Assembly (NCBI RefSeq): GCF_020745735.1
Contig: NC_083414.1
Location: forward strand, 51,776,013-51,840,012
Source: Hemiscyllium ocellatum
Lineage: Eukaryota
Direction: 5' to 3'
Length of the DNA: 64,000 bases
Shown: positions 13,366-24,930 of the stretch, one piece after another
How positions within the stretch are numbered: position 1 is the stretch's first letter
Layout of the letters: each line of letters opens with the position of its first letter
The notes under the pieces: generated by a model
Seen by the model: only the letters and a program-made list of their open reading frames with translations
What the model was told of the DNA's origin: nothing
Database searches by the model: none
Position numbers and translations under genes: made by a program

Positions 13366-13690
13366 TTAGATTTAGATTAGATTAGACTTACAGTGTGGAA
13401 ACAGGCCCTTCGGCCCAACAAGTCCACACCGACCCGCCGAAGCGCAACCCACCCATACCCCTACATTTACCCCTTACCTAACACTACGGGCAATTTTAGC
13501 TTGGCCAATTCACCTGACCCGCACATCTTTGTGACTGTGGGAGGAAACCGGAGCACCCGGAGGAAACCCACGCAGACACGGGGAGAACGTGCAAACTCCA
13601 CACAGTCAGTCGCCTGAGTCGGGAATTGAACCCGGGTCTACAGGCGCTGTGAGGCAGCAGTGCTAACCACTGTGCCACCATGCCGCCCAC
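13366..13690 (-). mobile_element. HE1-type SINE, young copy
   Basis: Minus strand has A box TGGCACAGTGG, B box GGTTCAATTCC and an (AATCT)n tail; CpG-rich; nearly identical to 51340-51653. Confidence 0.93.
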
Positions 13691-13774
13691 TTAGATCTAG
13701 ACTTTATTGTTACATGCACTAAAATAAAAGTACAGAGACTGGTATCCTGTCACCAAGTCACTCTATATTGACTT

Positions 13775-13960
13775 AGTTAAAAATCACACAACACCAGGTT
13801 ATAGTCCAACAGGTTTACTTGGAAGCACACTAGCTTTCAGAGCGTCACTACAACCTGATGAAGGAGCTAGTGCTTTCAATTAAACCTGTTGGACTATAAC
13901 CTGATGTTGTGTGATTTTTAACTTCGTACACCTCAGTCCAACACCGGCATCTCCAAATCA
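13775..13960. mobile_element. Palindromic Penelope-like terminus (family B)
   Basis: Arms AAAATCACACAACACCAGGTTATAGTCCAACAGGTTTA and its reverse complement; central partial CTGATGAAGGAGC; TSD TCT(A/T)TATTGACTT at 13762-13774 and 13961-13973. Confidence 0.8.
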
Positions 13961-14017
13961 TCTTTATTGACTTGTGCACTGTACACTGAATATTGCCAGC
14001 CAGTTCAGAGCAGTCCC

Positions 14018-14157
14018 GTGAACTGAGGAGATTCTAAACTCCCTGGTTATATTTATATTTTTTTCCAGGGTCAGTTCCCTGAACTGAGGAGATTCTAAAT
14101 CTCCTGGCTTTTTTTTCCCCGAGGAGAATCTAAATCTCCAGATAATATATTTTTTTA
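14018..14157. repeat. Three copies of GAGGAGA(T/A)TCTAAA(T)CTCC, each followed by a T-rich run
   Basis: Directly visible at about 14025, 14087 and 14121. Confidence 0.85.
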
Positions 14158-14585
14158 ATAACACCACACTACCACCATACAGTGGTAATGTTTATTTATT
14201 CCCCAGCACCCATGTTGTGTGTGCATGCAGGTGTTGGACACAGTGAAAAAAAAACAAGAGCAGAAATCTTTATTCATATTCCGCCACCAGGAAGAAAGGA
14301 AACTCCTTGGTGGCCAGTGAAAAGCAGTGCCCTTCTCAACAAAGGGCAATGCCTAAGTGATCAAAAAGGTGAAGAGGAGGGTAGGGATAAAAACAAAATA
14401 GAATCAGAGGGGGAAATAAAAAAAAATGATGCCCCACAATACCCATCTCTCCTTGAAAACCTTGAGGATATTAATAGATACCATGTGCTCCTTCTCAAGG
14501 ACACCTGGGCCCGAATGTAACCCCAGAACAGGGGCAGGCAATTAGCCATAACAACCCCCTCCATGGCCCACTGCCTGGACCTGTT
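14158..14585 (-). mobile_element. Tx1-clade (L1 group) retrotransposon 3' end, copy 2
   Basis: ORF 14361-14564 MEGVVMANCLPLFWGYIRAQVSL... resembles the Tx1 ORF2 C-terminus; 3' UTR ends in an A-run; homologous to 14632-15061. Confidence 0.65.
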
Positions 14586-14631
14586 TTTTTCCCAGCTCTC
14601 AGAGTGAACAGAACCTTTGACACTCCTTTGT

Positions 14632-15061
14632 TTTTAAACTTCTTTTATTCCCACACTACCGCCTAACAGGGGTAGTGCTTATTTTCCCCCAGCATCCATG
14701 TCGCGTGTGTGTAGGCATTAGACACAGTGAAAAACAACAAGTATGTAAATCTTTATTTATACTCCACTACTAGGAAGAAAGGAAACACCCGAGTGGACAG
14801 TGACAAGCAATGTCCTTCTCAGAGGGCAATGCTGCGTGAGCAAACAGTGAAAGGGAGGGCAGGAATTAAATCAAAATAGAGTTGGAGGGGGAAATAATAT
14901 ACTCCGTTCCCTGTGGTGCCCATTTCTCCCCAAAAATCTCGAGGGTGTTGGTGGACACTATGTGCTTCTTATCCAGGGACACCAGCCCAAACATAACCGT
15001 GGAAGAGGGGCAGGCAATTAGCCATAACGACCCCCTCCATGGCCCACTGCCTGAACCTGTT
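14632..15061 (-). mobile_element. Tx1-clade retrotransposon 3' end, copy 1
   Basis: Frameshift-joined RQWAMEG.VMANCLPLFHGYV...VSLDKKHIVSTNTLEIFGEKWAPQGTEYIISPSNSILI*; AATAAA and A-rich end. Confidence 0.65.
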
Positions 15062-15511
15062 ATATTGGTCAATCAGGACTTCCTGAATGGCCAAAATTAA
15101 CAGACGCAAACCTCGTAGTCAACAAGATCCACGATGTCCCAATTACTGCACGTACTCAAGTGCACAAGTAGATGAGTACAATGGAAAATTTTTAATATTA
15201 CCACACATGGTGCATACACATCTTAGGTACAAGTACCTCGGTTCAAAAACTTAAGAATAAGATAGAAAGAAATAACGAACAAAGTTGGAAGTTAAGTATT
15301 ATAATCGCTCTTAGTATAGTGTAAAAAGAAGAATTAAAGTTAAAAATTGCAGTCCTTCTTAGCATAAAGTCAAAGAAAAGAAATAAAGTTAAAAGTTCAA
15401 ACATTGCAGTCTTTCTTCAGTATTTAGCCATTAGATCTTTTCAATCTGCTACATTTTTTTGAAGCCCATCCTGACTGATCAGATGGAAGTTTCTTTTTCT
15501 GCCTGCTGTTA

Positions 15512-15725
15512 GGTTGACAAGCAAGAGGCTGGAAGAACACAGCAAGTTAGGCAGCATCAGGAGGTGGAGAAATCTACACTTTGGATATAATCTTTCTTCA
15601 GGACTGGAGATGGGTGTGGGACGAGCTGCAGATAAAGGGGCGACGGGGGCAGGGACGTGGTGGTAAGGTAGGGATGGATGAACTCAGGAAGAGGGTATGA
15701 CCTGGTTGGCCGATGGGAGGAATGA
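15512..15725 (-). mobile_element. Penelope-like terminus (family A variant), decayed
   Basis: GGCTGGAAGAACACAGCAAGTTAGGCAGCATC...TTCTTCAGGACTG is the reverse complement of the 2369-2490 type. Confidence 0.6.
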
Positions 15726-15794
15726 AAGCTGAAGGTTTTATTTAAAAAAGGTGACATCCCAGCTTGATTGTATTGTCTGTATTACCACTTTTTT

Positions 15795-16080
15795 TTAATA
15801 AAACCTTAACTCATCTCATGACTTGAAAGAAGTTCTGGGATTTACATATTAATGAATTGAATCCTGCAACCCAATGTAAAAGATGAAAGACTTAACAGCA
15901 ATCTAGGTTTGTTTAATATATCACATCAGTTATATGATACTATGATCTTTTGCTATAAATTCTGTGTCCTATGATCCTGCTCCACCAGCTACCTGACAAA
16001 GGAGCAGTGCTCTGAAAGCTTGTACTTCCAAATAAACTGATTGGACTATGAACTAGTGTTGTGTGATTTTTAACTTTGTC
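15795..16080 (+). mobile_element. Penelope-like terminus (family B)
   Basis: Matches 35480-35762 (TTTGCTATAAATTCTGTG...ACCTGACAAAGGAGCAGTGCTCTGAAAGCT...GTTGTGTGATTTTTAAC). Confidence 0.75.
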
Positions 16081-16397
16081 CTAAAAAGGTATGAGATCAT
16101 TTTGCCTCAATGCCCAATTTGTCCTGGATCTCTGTGTATGTGAAATTGCTGACGTCTCACTGCAGTGGTGCAAGTGAATCTGTGTGGTATTGTTAATGGC
16201 CCAGATGACAATTGCAGACTTTCCCTAAATCCCAGTGACAAGATCTGTATGATCAGAATAGACGAGCAGAGTTTGTAAACATACAGCATTGCCCTAGAAA
16301 ATCAAAACATTTAAAGACAATGAAAAGGCTCAGGAAGGAACAGCATTTTTATTTTCTCCTTTTGACTGGCCTCAGAGATTTGCAATCTTAATAGTAG

Positions 16398-16597
16398 CTG
16401 AAAACGTGTTGCTGGAAAAGCGCAGCAGGTCAGGCAGCATCCAAAGAGCAGAAGAATCGACATTTCGGGCATGAGCCCTTCTTCAGAACTCATTTCCTGA
16501 AGAAGGGCTCATGCCCAAAACATCAATTCTCCTGCTCTTTTCCAGCAACACATTTTCAGCTCTGATTTCCAGCATCTGCAGTCCTCACTTTCTCCTT
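16398..16597. mobile_element. Palindromic Penelope-like terminus (family A) with back-to-back hammerhead motifs
   Basis: Minus strand CTGAAGAAGGGCTCATGCCCGAAATGTC (16459-16486) and plus strand CTGAAGAAGGGCTCATGCCCAAAACATC (16497-16524); perfect 14 bp TSD AATCTTAATAGTAG (16384-16397, 16598-16611). Confidence 0.85.
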
Positions 16598-16845
16598 AAT
16601 CTTAATAGTAGGTCCACTTTCACGTTGGGACACTATAGAGGGTCCAACTGGGCAGAATTTCCTGGGTTAATCCCCTTGTCATGTGGAGCAGAGCTAGATT
16701 TGAACTAGACTGGCTGGGATACTAGTGAACCAGTTACCGTATCTTTTCCCATCAGCCAACAACCTTATTCTCTCCATTCTTTGCATCCAGGAATTTGAGT
16801 TCATTCATTTATTCATTTCACATCCTAGTCTGTTCACCCAATAGC

Positions 16846-17060
16846 TAAAAATCACACAACATCAGGTTATAGTCCAAAAGGTTTATTTGGAAGTATGAAC
16901 TTTCAGAGCGCTGCTCCTTCATCAGGTAGTTGTGGAGTACCCTGATGAAAGAGCAGTGCTCTGAAAGCTAGTGCTTCTAAACAACCTGTTGGACTATAAC
17001 CTGGTGTTGTGTGATTTTTAACTTTGTACATCTCAGTCCAACACTGGCATCTCCAAATCA
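16846..17060. mobile_element. Palindromic Penelope-like terminus (family B) with back-to-back hammerhead motifs
   Basis: About 80 bp inverted arms; minus strand CTGATGAAGGAGCAGCGCTCTGAAAG and plus strand CTGATGAAAGAGCAGTGCTCTGAAAGCTAGTG. Confidence 0.85.
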
Positions 17061-18329
17061 CATCTAATACCTCAATGCAAGTTCAATCACAATCCTGTCT
17101 GCAAGGTTCTTTGGCACTTATGCAAACTTTAGGATTGCAAATACCCCATTGATAGTGTCAATTTTTGGCATCTATTCATCCTTAATTAAGGTTTATTGTC
17201 TCAAAATACAATGAAGATTTTTTTGTAACACACATTCTTTATTCCCCCATCTTTTATCTGAATGATTTCTATCAGAAAATAAAATAATTGAGCACAATGC
17301 GAATTGGATGTGTATGGTATGAGGGAGCAAAAAAGGCCATTGAGTTAACATGCCATGTATGTGCACAGGTCTTGAAAACATTATCATCTTGAAGAACAAG
17401 CCCTGTTAAATAAAAGATTGCCCACCCTTATACTCCTTAACTCCCATATACCAACTACAGCACTGCCATGCCAGAAATCTTACAGCCATTCCCAAAAAAA
17501 TGTACAAGCATTCCTAACATCCCTTCCCTTCATCACTTACTAATCAACAAATACCATTGTAGGGAACCGTATGAAGTCTGATTAATGAAGGATTTTCTCC
17601 AATTACAACTGGTCTGATTCCAACAATTGATAATAATAAAATTCGCTTTCCTATTTCATAGCTAATTTATGAACCAAACTGGAAATTCCTTCTCATTTAA
17701 TGAGTGGAATGCCACAGGGATTATTAAGATAAACTGGCTGAAATTTTCTTGCCAGTTTTCATTGTAAAGGTACATCCTTGGCTTAAGGAACCTTAAATTA
17801 TGGAAAAGAAAGAGGAAATTTTATGTAAGTAATTTAAGATATCCATGAATCAATGTGGTTGAAAAGCAATATGGTAGATCTGGCCTACATTTAACAACAA
17901 GAAAATGCACACTGTGGTAATGGCAGAAAGAAAGCACATTCCACTCTGCAGCACCACAGAAAATGGAAGCAAATTGGAAATTGTCAATGAGTTTAACTAT
18001 CTAGGAAACAATAACATTCAATGTAAAAAGGATCAGAAAAAGGAGTAGGACGCAAGAGTTTCTTTATTTTAACATTCAGCAACATTCAAAATTCAGTCTG
18101 AGTCTTGAAATGAGAATGTATGGACTAAAATGTGGTCAGGAATTAATCATGGATGTGTAGTTTAGAACATTGGGAAAGGAGGAGGAAAAGAAAATCAACA
18201 GCTTCAAGATGTCCAGCTTAACGTCGTGGTAGCTGGGTGGAGAAAGAAACCAACAAAGAATCATTGACTGAGTGTGAGCTCAGTCAGCAAGGCTCATGCT
18301 GTTCCACCCTCACCATTGTCTTTCACAGC

Positions 18330-19035
18330 TTCTCTCGCTCGCTCTCACACATCACTACCCATGGTGGGGATAACTCTGCATGCTCTCTGTGCTGTCTACA
18401 CTCTCACTTGGGCACCACATTACCTCTACCAAAACTAACAGCTGTCCCATGCACTCTCATCACCCTTAATACCTGACTCTCTCTCACTCCAGGAGGAATA
18501 TAGCCCACACTAAGGCAGAACAAGTCTAAGCAGGTGTCGGGTTCCCTGATATTCAGTCCCTCACCCCTTTTGCACAGAGAATCCTGACCCTGACCACCAA
18601 AGCTGGTGACTGACCGTATCCAAGCTCCTGGACTGGTATTGAAGGTTGCCTACTGTGGCAGGGCCTCCTGACCAAAGGCCATCTCCCTTGACATGACTGA
18701 GGCCTCCTGACTGGCATTGTGGTTTTGTGTCTGCAATAAACAGCAAGGAAGCAGAGTAGTACTGAGAGGCTGGTATATTTGGCTGAGGGTCAAGGCATAA
18801 AATGGTAAGACAGAGATGCTGTGAGCATCCAGGTAGACTCAGAGTGAGAGGGTGAGTGCTATGACATAAAGTAAGTAGCCCAGAGATACAGCCTGGTCCA
18901 GTCCATGTGTTGCTTGTGTGCCTACAGGAACCGGGTTTCCTTGCTACAACATTACAATGGTAGTGGACATTTTGCTCTGAGGTGTGGCATTGGAATGTAA
19001 GCCAATTGAATATGTGCCACAAGGGATCTTGTACG
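18330..19035 (+). mobile_element. Possible PIF/Harbinger relic (Myb/SANT accessory gene remnant)
   Basis: After an acceptor-like CTCTCACTCCAG (about 18492) it reads IAHTKAEQV*AGVGFPDIQSLTPF, resembling the AHN..E...TGGG.P.I..LT.FE segment of Harbinger Myb/SANT (NAIF1-like) proteins. Confidence 0.4.
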
Positions 19036-19047
19036 CTAAAATATGTT

Positions 19048-19308
19048 TCTCATAGACTTCCTGAAGTGTGGAAGCAAACCATTTGGCCCATCGAGTCCAC
19101 AACAACTATTCAAAGAGCATTCTAACCAGATCCACACCCATATCCCTGTAAACCCACATTTCCCATGGCTAACCCACCTAGCCTGCACATGCCTGGACAT
19201 TATGGGCAATTTAACATTGTCAATCCACCTAACCTCATGTCTTTGGGCTGTGGGAGGAAACTGGAGCACCCTGAGGAAACCCATGCAGACATGGGGAGAA
19301 TGCTTCCC
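19048..19308 (-). mobile_element. HE1-type SINE, 5'-truncated and diverged
   Basis: GTGTGGAAGCAAACCATTTGGCCC...GGGAGGAAACTGGAGCACCCTGAGGAAACCCATGCAGAC. Confidence 0.85.
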
Positions 19309-22300
19309 AACTATAGAGATTCTCTGAAATGAGGAGCCAGTACCCACAGTGGATCAGTCCCTGGTAGCTGATGATAGAAATGATGACATTTTGCCCGGGG
19401 ATAACTTCATACATGACATCTTCTCTATTTCAAATTGAGGTTATCACTTCTTCAAGCTGCACTAACTACCTCCCCAGCAACTAACCACCACGAGATCACC
19501 TCCTGTGTGTTGTCGAAGTCCACACAGTGTGTCTGTCTTAAACAAGATGGCTGATAATTGGAACAATAACAAATTCAAAAGGAGCACAGGTCAGATTGAG
19601 TGAGCTGCTTCGCTGGCCTCCCACTGTTGGCCATGTGAGTTGCTGGCAGCATGCCTAAGTCACCACAGATTCAATACTGTCATGATGCCTGTGGTCCCCA
19701 TAATTCCCTGCATCCTGTCCCATCCAAACCCACAAACAAGGGCCTGGGACAATTACATTTGGAATGAATTCCATATACGTCCCCTCCTGCCACCAATTTA
19801 CAACACAAATAGTGGAACTTGAATGACATTCGCTGGAACCAAACTAAGACAATTAAAGACTTGAAGAATAATGGTCTACCAGAGTTTGTGGCATGCAGAA
19901 TTTTTCTTGTATCAAATATCAGTTTGAAGGTAGCGTGATTCTGATTTAAACTAATGCACAAACGCAGAATCAACGGGGTTCTCCTCCATTCTGAAATTTC
20001 TAATCTAACATGCAGAGTTTTTGTGTCAATTACGCAGTCCTCTTTCAACAGTTGCATTGCTCTCTCTCGTCACCACTTTGCCATTTAACCATGTGCCTTT
20101 TTCTCCTTTTGACACTTGGGAGGTTTACGATAATGAACCTGTTCGGGGGTGTTGTTTAAGCATCCTTTAGTCATCTACTGCAAACAGCAAATCTAAGGGC
20201 TAAGCTCTTCTTGCTCTTCCTAAATTGACAGCTTAAATGAACCTAAACATTGCTGCAGCTGTGAGGAATTCATGCTGAAAATCCATTTCAGGCAGTAAGA
20301 AAGTTCACTCAGCCAGGCTTAAACACGAAAATCAACCAAAAAAAAAAAATCCACTTCACAGTATTTTAAAAATTCAGGCCAAGGCACTGGAGATCAAAGG
20401 CAACAATGAATCTCATCTCAGTGAACTGACAAACTCACAGAGCAAAGGACACTAAAATGGGTTAAAAAGAAATCTGGAGCTGTGGTCTGGGTCAGCAGTA
20501 TCTGACACTCTAACTAGATAACCATCCAACCTAAAGGTTATGCAGCAGTAATAGCTTAATCCGTTACATGTGCAAACTTGTAACAGAACAACACCGACGG
20601 CATTGGTGAAACACAAACTGGTGACAGTGGAAGGAGTCAAAATGTCAAAAAGTAATTCAATTCATATGTTGGAAATTCCCTTTACCCTGTTACCATGCAT
20701 GATGTGATGAATGTTTGAAACAAAGCAAATGACAAATATACTGAATTTACTTGGTCACCAGTTTTGGTGTTTAGTATTACAATAAACGAGCAGTATCTTT
20801 TGATGAGTTAATTTGCCTTTTCTGATCTCTAACTTTCTTGTTATGTTTGACGACATGGAAATAAATGAGTAACAGTGCAGGAAGAAACATCCGTGCGCGA
20901 TGTGTGGGAAATGCATCAACAAATTGTCAAGAAGGTATTTACATTGTTGCAACCTTTGGTGCAGTCGGGGTTAATTTTCCAATATTGCTGAAGTTCAAAT
21001 CCAAGTTCATTGATTTATGAGAATTTACTTAAGCAAAGATAATCAATTTGTACTGTAGCCTCAGTTGGGACAGTAAAAGTAAGGGAGACAACTTCCTTCC
21101 TATTTCAAAACAAATAGACAGGATGCTGATGAAGCTGAGAACAATGTGCCAGATTTTCTGAGGAGTAAGCTTTCACACACAGATTGACGGTCCACCCCTT
21201 TTTTACTCTTCTGTCAGAAGAGTCCAATCAGAACTCCTCCAGAAATGCAGAGTGGATTTTAATTCTGACAAGCCCTTCATCATGCAGGATCCTCAGGGAA
21301 GATCAAATCATGCCTTTTTTTCACAGCAGTTAGTTTCTGTGATTTAAATTTCCTGATTGTCTGGAGGCTAAACTTTCACACAGGTTCCCTCTACTCCATG
21401 TACAACAAGTCAGCAGAAGCAGTTTTGTTTTTCCCTATTTGTGGTGATTTAAATTATTTATGTTTCATTTATCACAGGTTCTTGCAGAATTTATTTTCAA
21501 CTTCTGAATCTTTTTGATTCTTAATGAGCAACTGCAATCCTTCAATGTTCTGTGCTAGTTTGACTTGGTGCTGAGAAAGGGGCTTACTTCCTTCATGTTC
21601 CCATAACAAGGCTACTCCTTAGACATCTGTAAGTAAGAACCTTGAAACTACTCTGGAACCAAGATCATTTTGTAATGTTCTATGACTCTATAACTCTAAT
21701 TAATGAATGCCAGCATACATTATTGTCAAGAATAGCTTCTGGCAAGACATGTAACTCAGACATTAATTTAGCCAAATTTAGTCAGTAAATACAACTCAAT
21801 TTACTTACCTTTGTGTGCAAAATATGGGTCTTCAGCTTTTACAGATTGATTGTGAATGAATGTTATTATACACAGTACATTATGTATGTTTACATACAAT
21901 AATTAGGCAAAAAATGAAGTTTTATATTGTACTGTACAAAAGATGTTGCTGTGCATTTTGAAGTTCAAAGACAACTCTTCTGTGGTTTAGATTGAACAGT
22001 ATTAATGAAATGAGCTACATGGACAGATGAGGAATTGTGGTTACTGTTCCCTCTACACAGTGTGCATGATCTCCTCAGAGAAGGAAGACAAGCCACTTTT
22101 AATGGACATTGACAGAATGATTGATGTTTACAAGATGGTTTGATCCACTCTCCCAGCAAAACAGTGACAACAGAAACTGGAATCTCAAGTCAGGAGATAA
22201 TTAGACTCCAATGGACAACATAGCTCAGGAAAATTCTTATCAAGAAAGTGCAGTGAGAGAACAGAAAAAGCTGGCAACAAAATTAATTATGACACATTTG

Positions 22301-23069
22301 AAAATGGTGGGAAATGCAATAAAAAGTAGCAAAAGTCAAAAATGCTCAGAAAGGTAATTGGAGAGCATCAAATCAGAATTTACCTCCACTTTCAAAACTA
22401 CACCTTGTACTTTAGTACATTGCACATTTGTACTTCACTTTTTCATCTATAATGTTGAATATAATGCATGGAACATTGACTTTCAATTGCTGCTGAATGA
22501 CATGGATGGCCTGGCTGTGGTCTTGTATGATTTCAGTAAGACCACTGTATTTTTATACTTGAGTCTCTTTGGAATAAAGGCCAACATTCCTTTATTAGAA
22601 TGTTGTCCAATTTGCTCAACATTAGCCTTTCCAATTACCTGCTCAACTTGGATGCTAGCTACTTTGTGATTTGTGCACTAGCACCCCCGAATCTCTCTGT
22701 GTTACAGATTCCTGAAGTCTTTCCCCATTTAAATAATATTCATTCAATAAAAGGGGCTGATTTAATGAGGCTTTGTTGAATTAACAAACAGACAGTATTA
22801 ATGTATAAACATGAGAAGAGTTAGTAATACAACAAAAATACACACAGATTACAAAAAAAGTAAGTCCAAAAAGAAAAAAAGACTAGTAAAATGAATTTTG
22901 TGTGTAGATTAATCTCTGAATTGTATGCAAATAACAGATAGTTGAATATGATGGCTGTTGCAGTGGAGGTTGCCAACAGCATTGATGTTGGTAGTTTAAC
23001 AGTCAGTTTCACAACGCTTAACTAGAAAAGTGTTTGAGATTCTCTACTTCTGGTCCCGTGTACGGCAAT

Positions 23070-23732
23070 AGTCGCAGGTAGATAGGATAGTGAAGAAGGC
23101 GTTTGGTATGCTTTCCTTTCCTGGTCAGATGATTGAGTACAGGAGTTGGGAGATCATGTTGCAGCTGTACAGGACATTGGTTCGGCCACTGTTGGAACAT
23201 TGCATGCAATTCTGGTCTCCTTCCTATTGGAAAGATGTTGTGAAACTTGAAAGGGTTCAGAAAAGATTTACAAAGATGTTGCCAGGGTTGGAGGATTTGA
23301 GCTATAGGGAGAGGCTGAACAGGCTGGGGCTGTTTTCCCTGGAGTATCGGAGGCTGAGGGGTGACTTTATAGAGGTTTACAAAATTATGAGGGGCATAGA
23401 TAGGATAAATAGATAAAGTCTTTTCCCTGGGGTCGTGGAGTCCAGAACTAGAGGGCAGAGGCTTAGGGTGAGAGGGGAAAGATATAAAAGAGACCTAAGA
23501 GGCAACTTTTTCATGCAGAGGGTGGTACGTGTATAGAATGAGCTGCCAGAGGATGTGGTGGAGGCTGCAACATTTAAGAGGCATTTGGATGGGTATATGA
23601 ATAGGAAGGGTTTGGAGGGATATGGGCCAGGTGCTGGCAGGTGGGACTAGATTGGTTTGGGATATCTGGTCGGCATGGACGGGTTGGACCGAAGGGTCTG
23701 TTTCCGTGCTGTACATCTTTATGACTCTATAA
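23070..23732 (+). mobile_element. CR1 3' fragment
   Basis: ORF 23090-23416 (LYRTLVRPLLEHCMQFWSP...LRGDFIEVYKIM); very similar to 10590-11260. Confidence 0.94.
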
Positions 23733-24838
23733 CTCTGATAGAATTCCGGTATTCAGAATAAGAGAGAGTCTGCTTATTGTCCTGGCTCCTTTTGTCTGGC
23801 TGCAGGCTAACTGACCTCCAGCACTCAAAGTGACCGAATTCCTTTACCTGCAACACAGACATGACGAGGCCCTTCATCGTGACTTTCAAAGCATACTGAA
23901 ACTTCAGCATAGGCTGACGTACACAAGAAATTTCAGTCCCACAAGAATGCTTGGAAGAGTTTAAAGTGCCTTTAAATCCTGGCACTTCTGCTTACTTCAA
24001 TAGGAAAAAAAAACACAACATGTGTCTGCAGTTGGGACATGATGCGCAGTGGATGGCTTACTGTTCATCATCAGTGCAGTCACAAGCGATCACAGTCCCA
24101 GCCCAGCTTGAGGTTTGTTGAATACCTTTGGATATTACAACCAAGCAGTCCTACTTTAAAAAAACACATTTCGAAATAAAGGCAAGAAAAGTCCATCATA
24201 CTTTGGGCTTCCGGCCAAACTGGGAAGAGTCCTTTGTCTTGGGTGCTGAAACAAGGCTAGTGATGGTTCATTAGCAGCACCTATTATCTTTCCCAACCTG
24301 GCAGCCTAAAGGCTAGAAGGACTTGTCAGTTTATACCTGAGTTATATTTAGTTTAAAAGTTTGGTGAGGAGGAGTATGGGCTGGCAATCCTATTTAGGTG
24401 GGTAGGCAGGAAGGTAGATGCCATGTATATGGAGGTGGGTCAAGACACCAGGTATGAAGATTTTTTTGCTTCTGACAATCTACATCCCTCCTTCTTTCTA
24501 TCCAAAATTTAGAATACGCTGAAAGCTTACCTTTCGGAAGACCTCCAGTGCTCCCTCAATGCATGAAAAAGTGCCAATTTCTTTTCCATTTCTCCTGTAA
24601 AGTCACAATTCCAGAACTACAGCAAGGCATAGTTTGCATATTAAAGCAGTCTGCTTTAGATGGTGTTCTACTGCACCTGATAGCTAACGTCAGTGGGTAA
24701 ACAGCTAAACAAGACTTTGATTTTCAATTGCCAATTATTTACTATCATTTGAGAATTGAGTAACTATTGGTTCCAAGTGTTCCCTTCCAATATCCAATAG
24801 GAAGGCCCTTTGCAAGCCCTGCATTTGCGGAGATTCGG

Positions 24839-24930
24839 CCACTTGATGAAGGCCCTCCCAGTGATCCACTTGATGAAGGCCCTCCCAGTGATCCACTTGA
24901 TAAAGGCCCCCCCAGTGATCCACTACATGA
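24839..24930. repeat. 27 bp minisatellite, about 3.4 copies (CCACTTGATGAAGGCCCTCCCAGTGAT)
   Basis: Units start at 24839, 24866 and 24893, with a partial unit at 24920; the first two are identical. Confidence 0.95.

Larger units (their letters stand above)
13720..15150 (-). mobile_element. Small solo-LTR-like element hosting several nested insertions
   Basis: Minus strand begins TG (15150) and has CCAATATAA (15060-15068) and AATAAA (13963-13968) followed by a U5-like GTGACTTGGTGACAGGATACCAGTCTCTG; flanked by imperfect 5-mers TGCAC/CGTAC. Confidence 0.45.
13691..15420 (-). mobile_element. Short interspersed repeat with L2-like tail, split by nested inserts (pieces 13691-13719 and 15151-15420)
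   Basis: Joined pieces read CTTTATTGTTACATG...TACTCAAG...CATCTTAGGTACAAGTACC and match the uninterrupted copies at 49176-49400 (same strand) and 33860-34020 (opposite strand). Confidence 0.55.

Noticed and set aside
21118-21164. Possible + strand micro-exon QDADEAENNVPDFLR ending GGA|GTAAGC
   Set aside because: Short, unrecognised peptide with an A-rich acceptor; expected by chance in 64 kb.
22061-22137. Possible + strand exon CMISSEKEDKPLLMDIDRMIDVYKM
   Set aside because: Weak donor and no recognised homology.
24839-24930. CRISPR-like appearance of the 27 bp repeats
   Set aside because: The units are contiguous with no spacers, the context is eukaryotic, and there are no cas genes.
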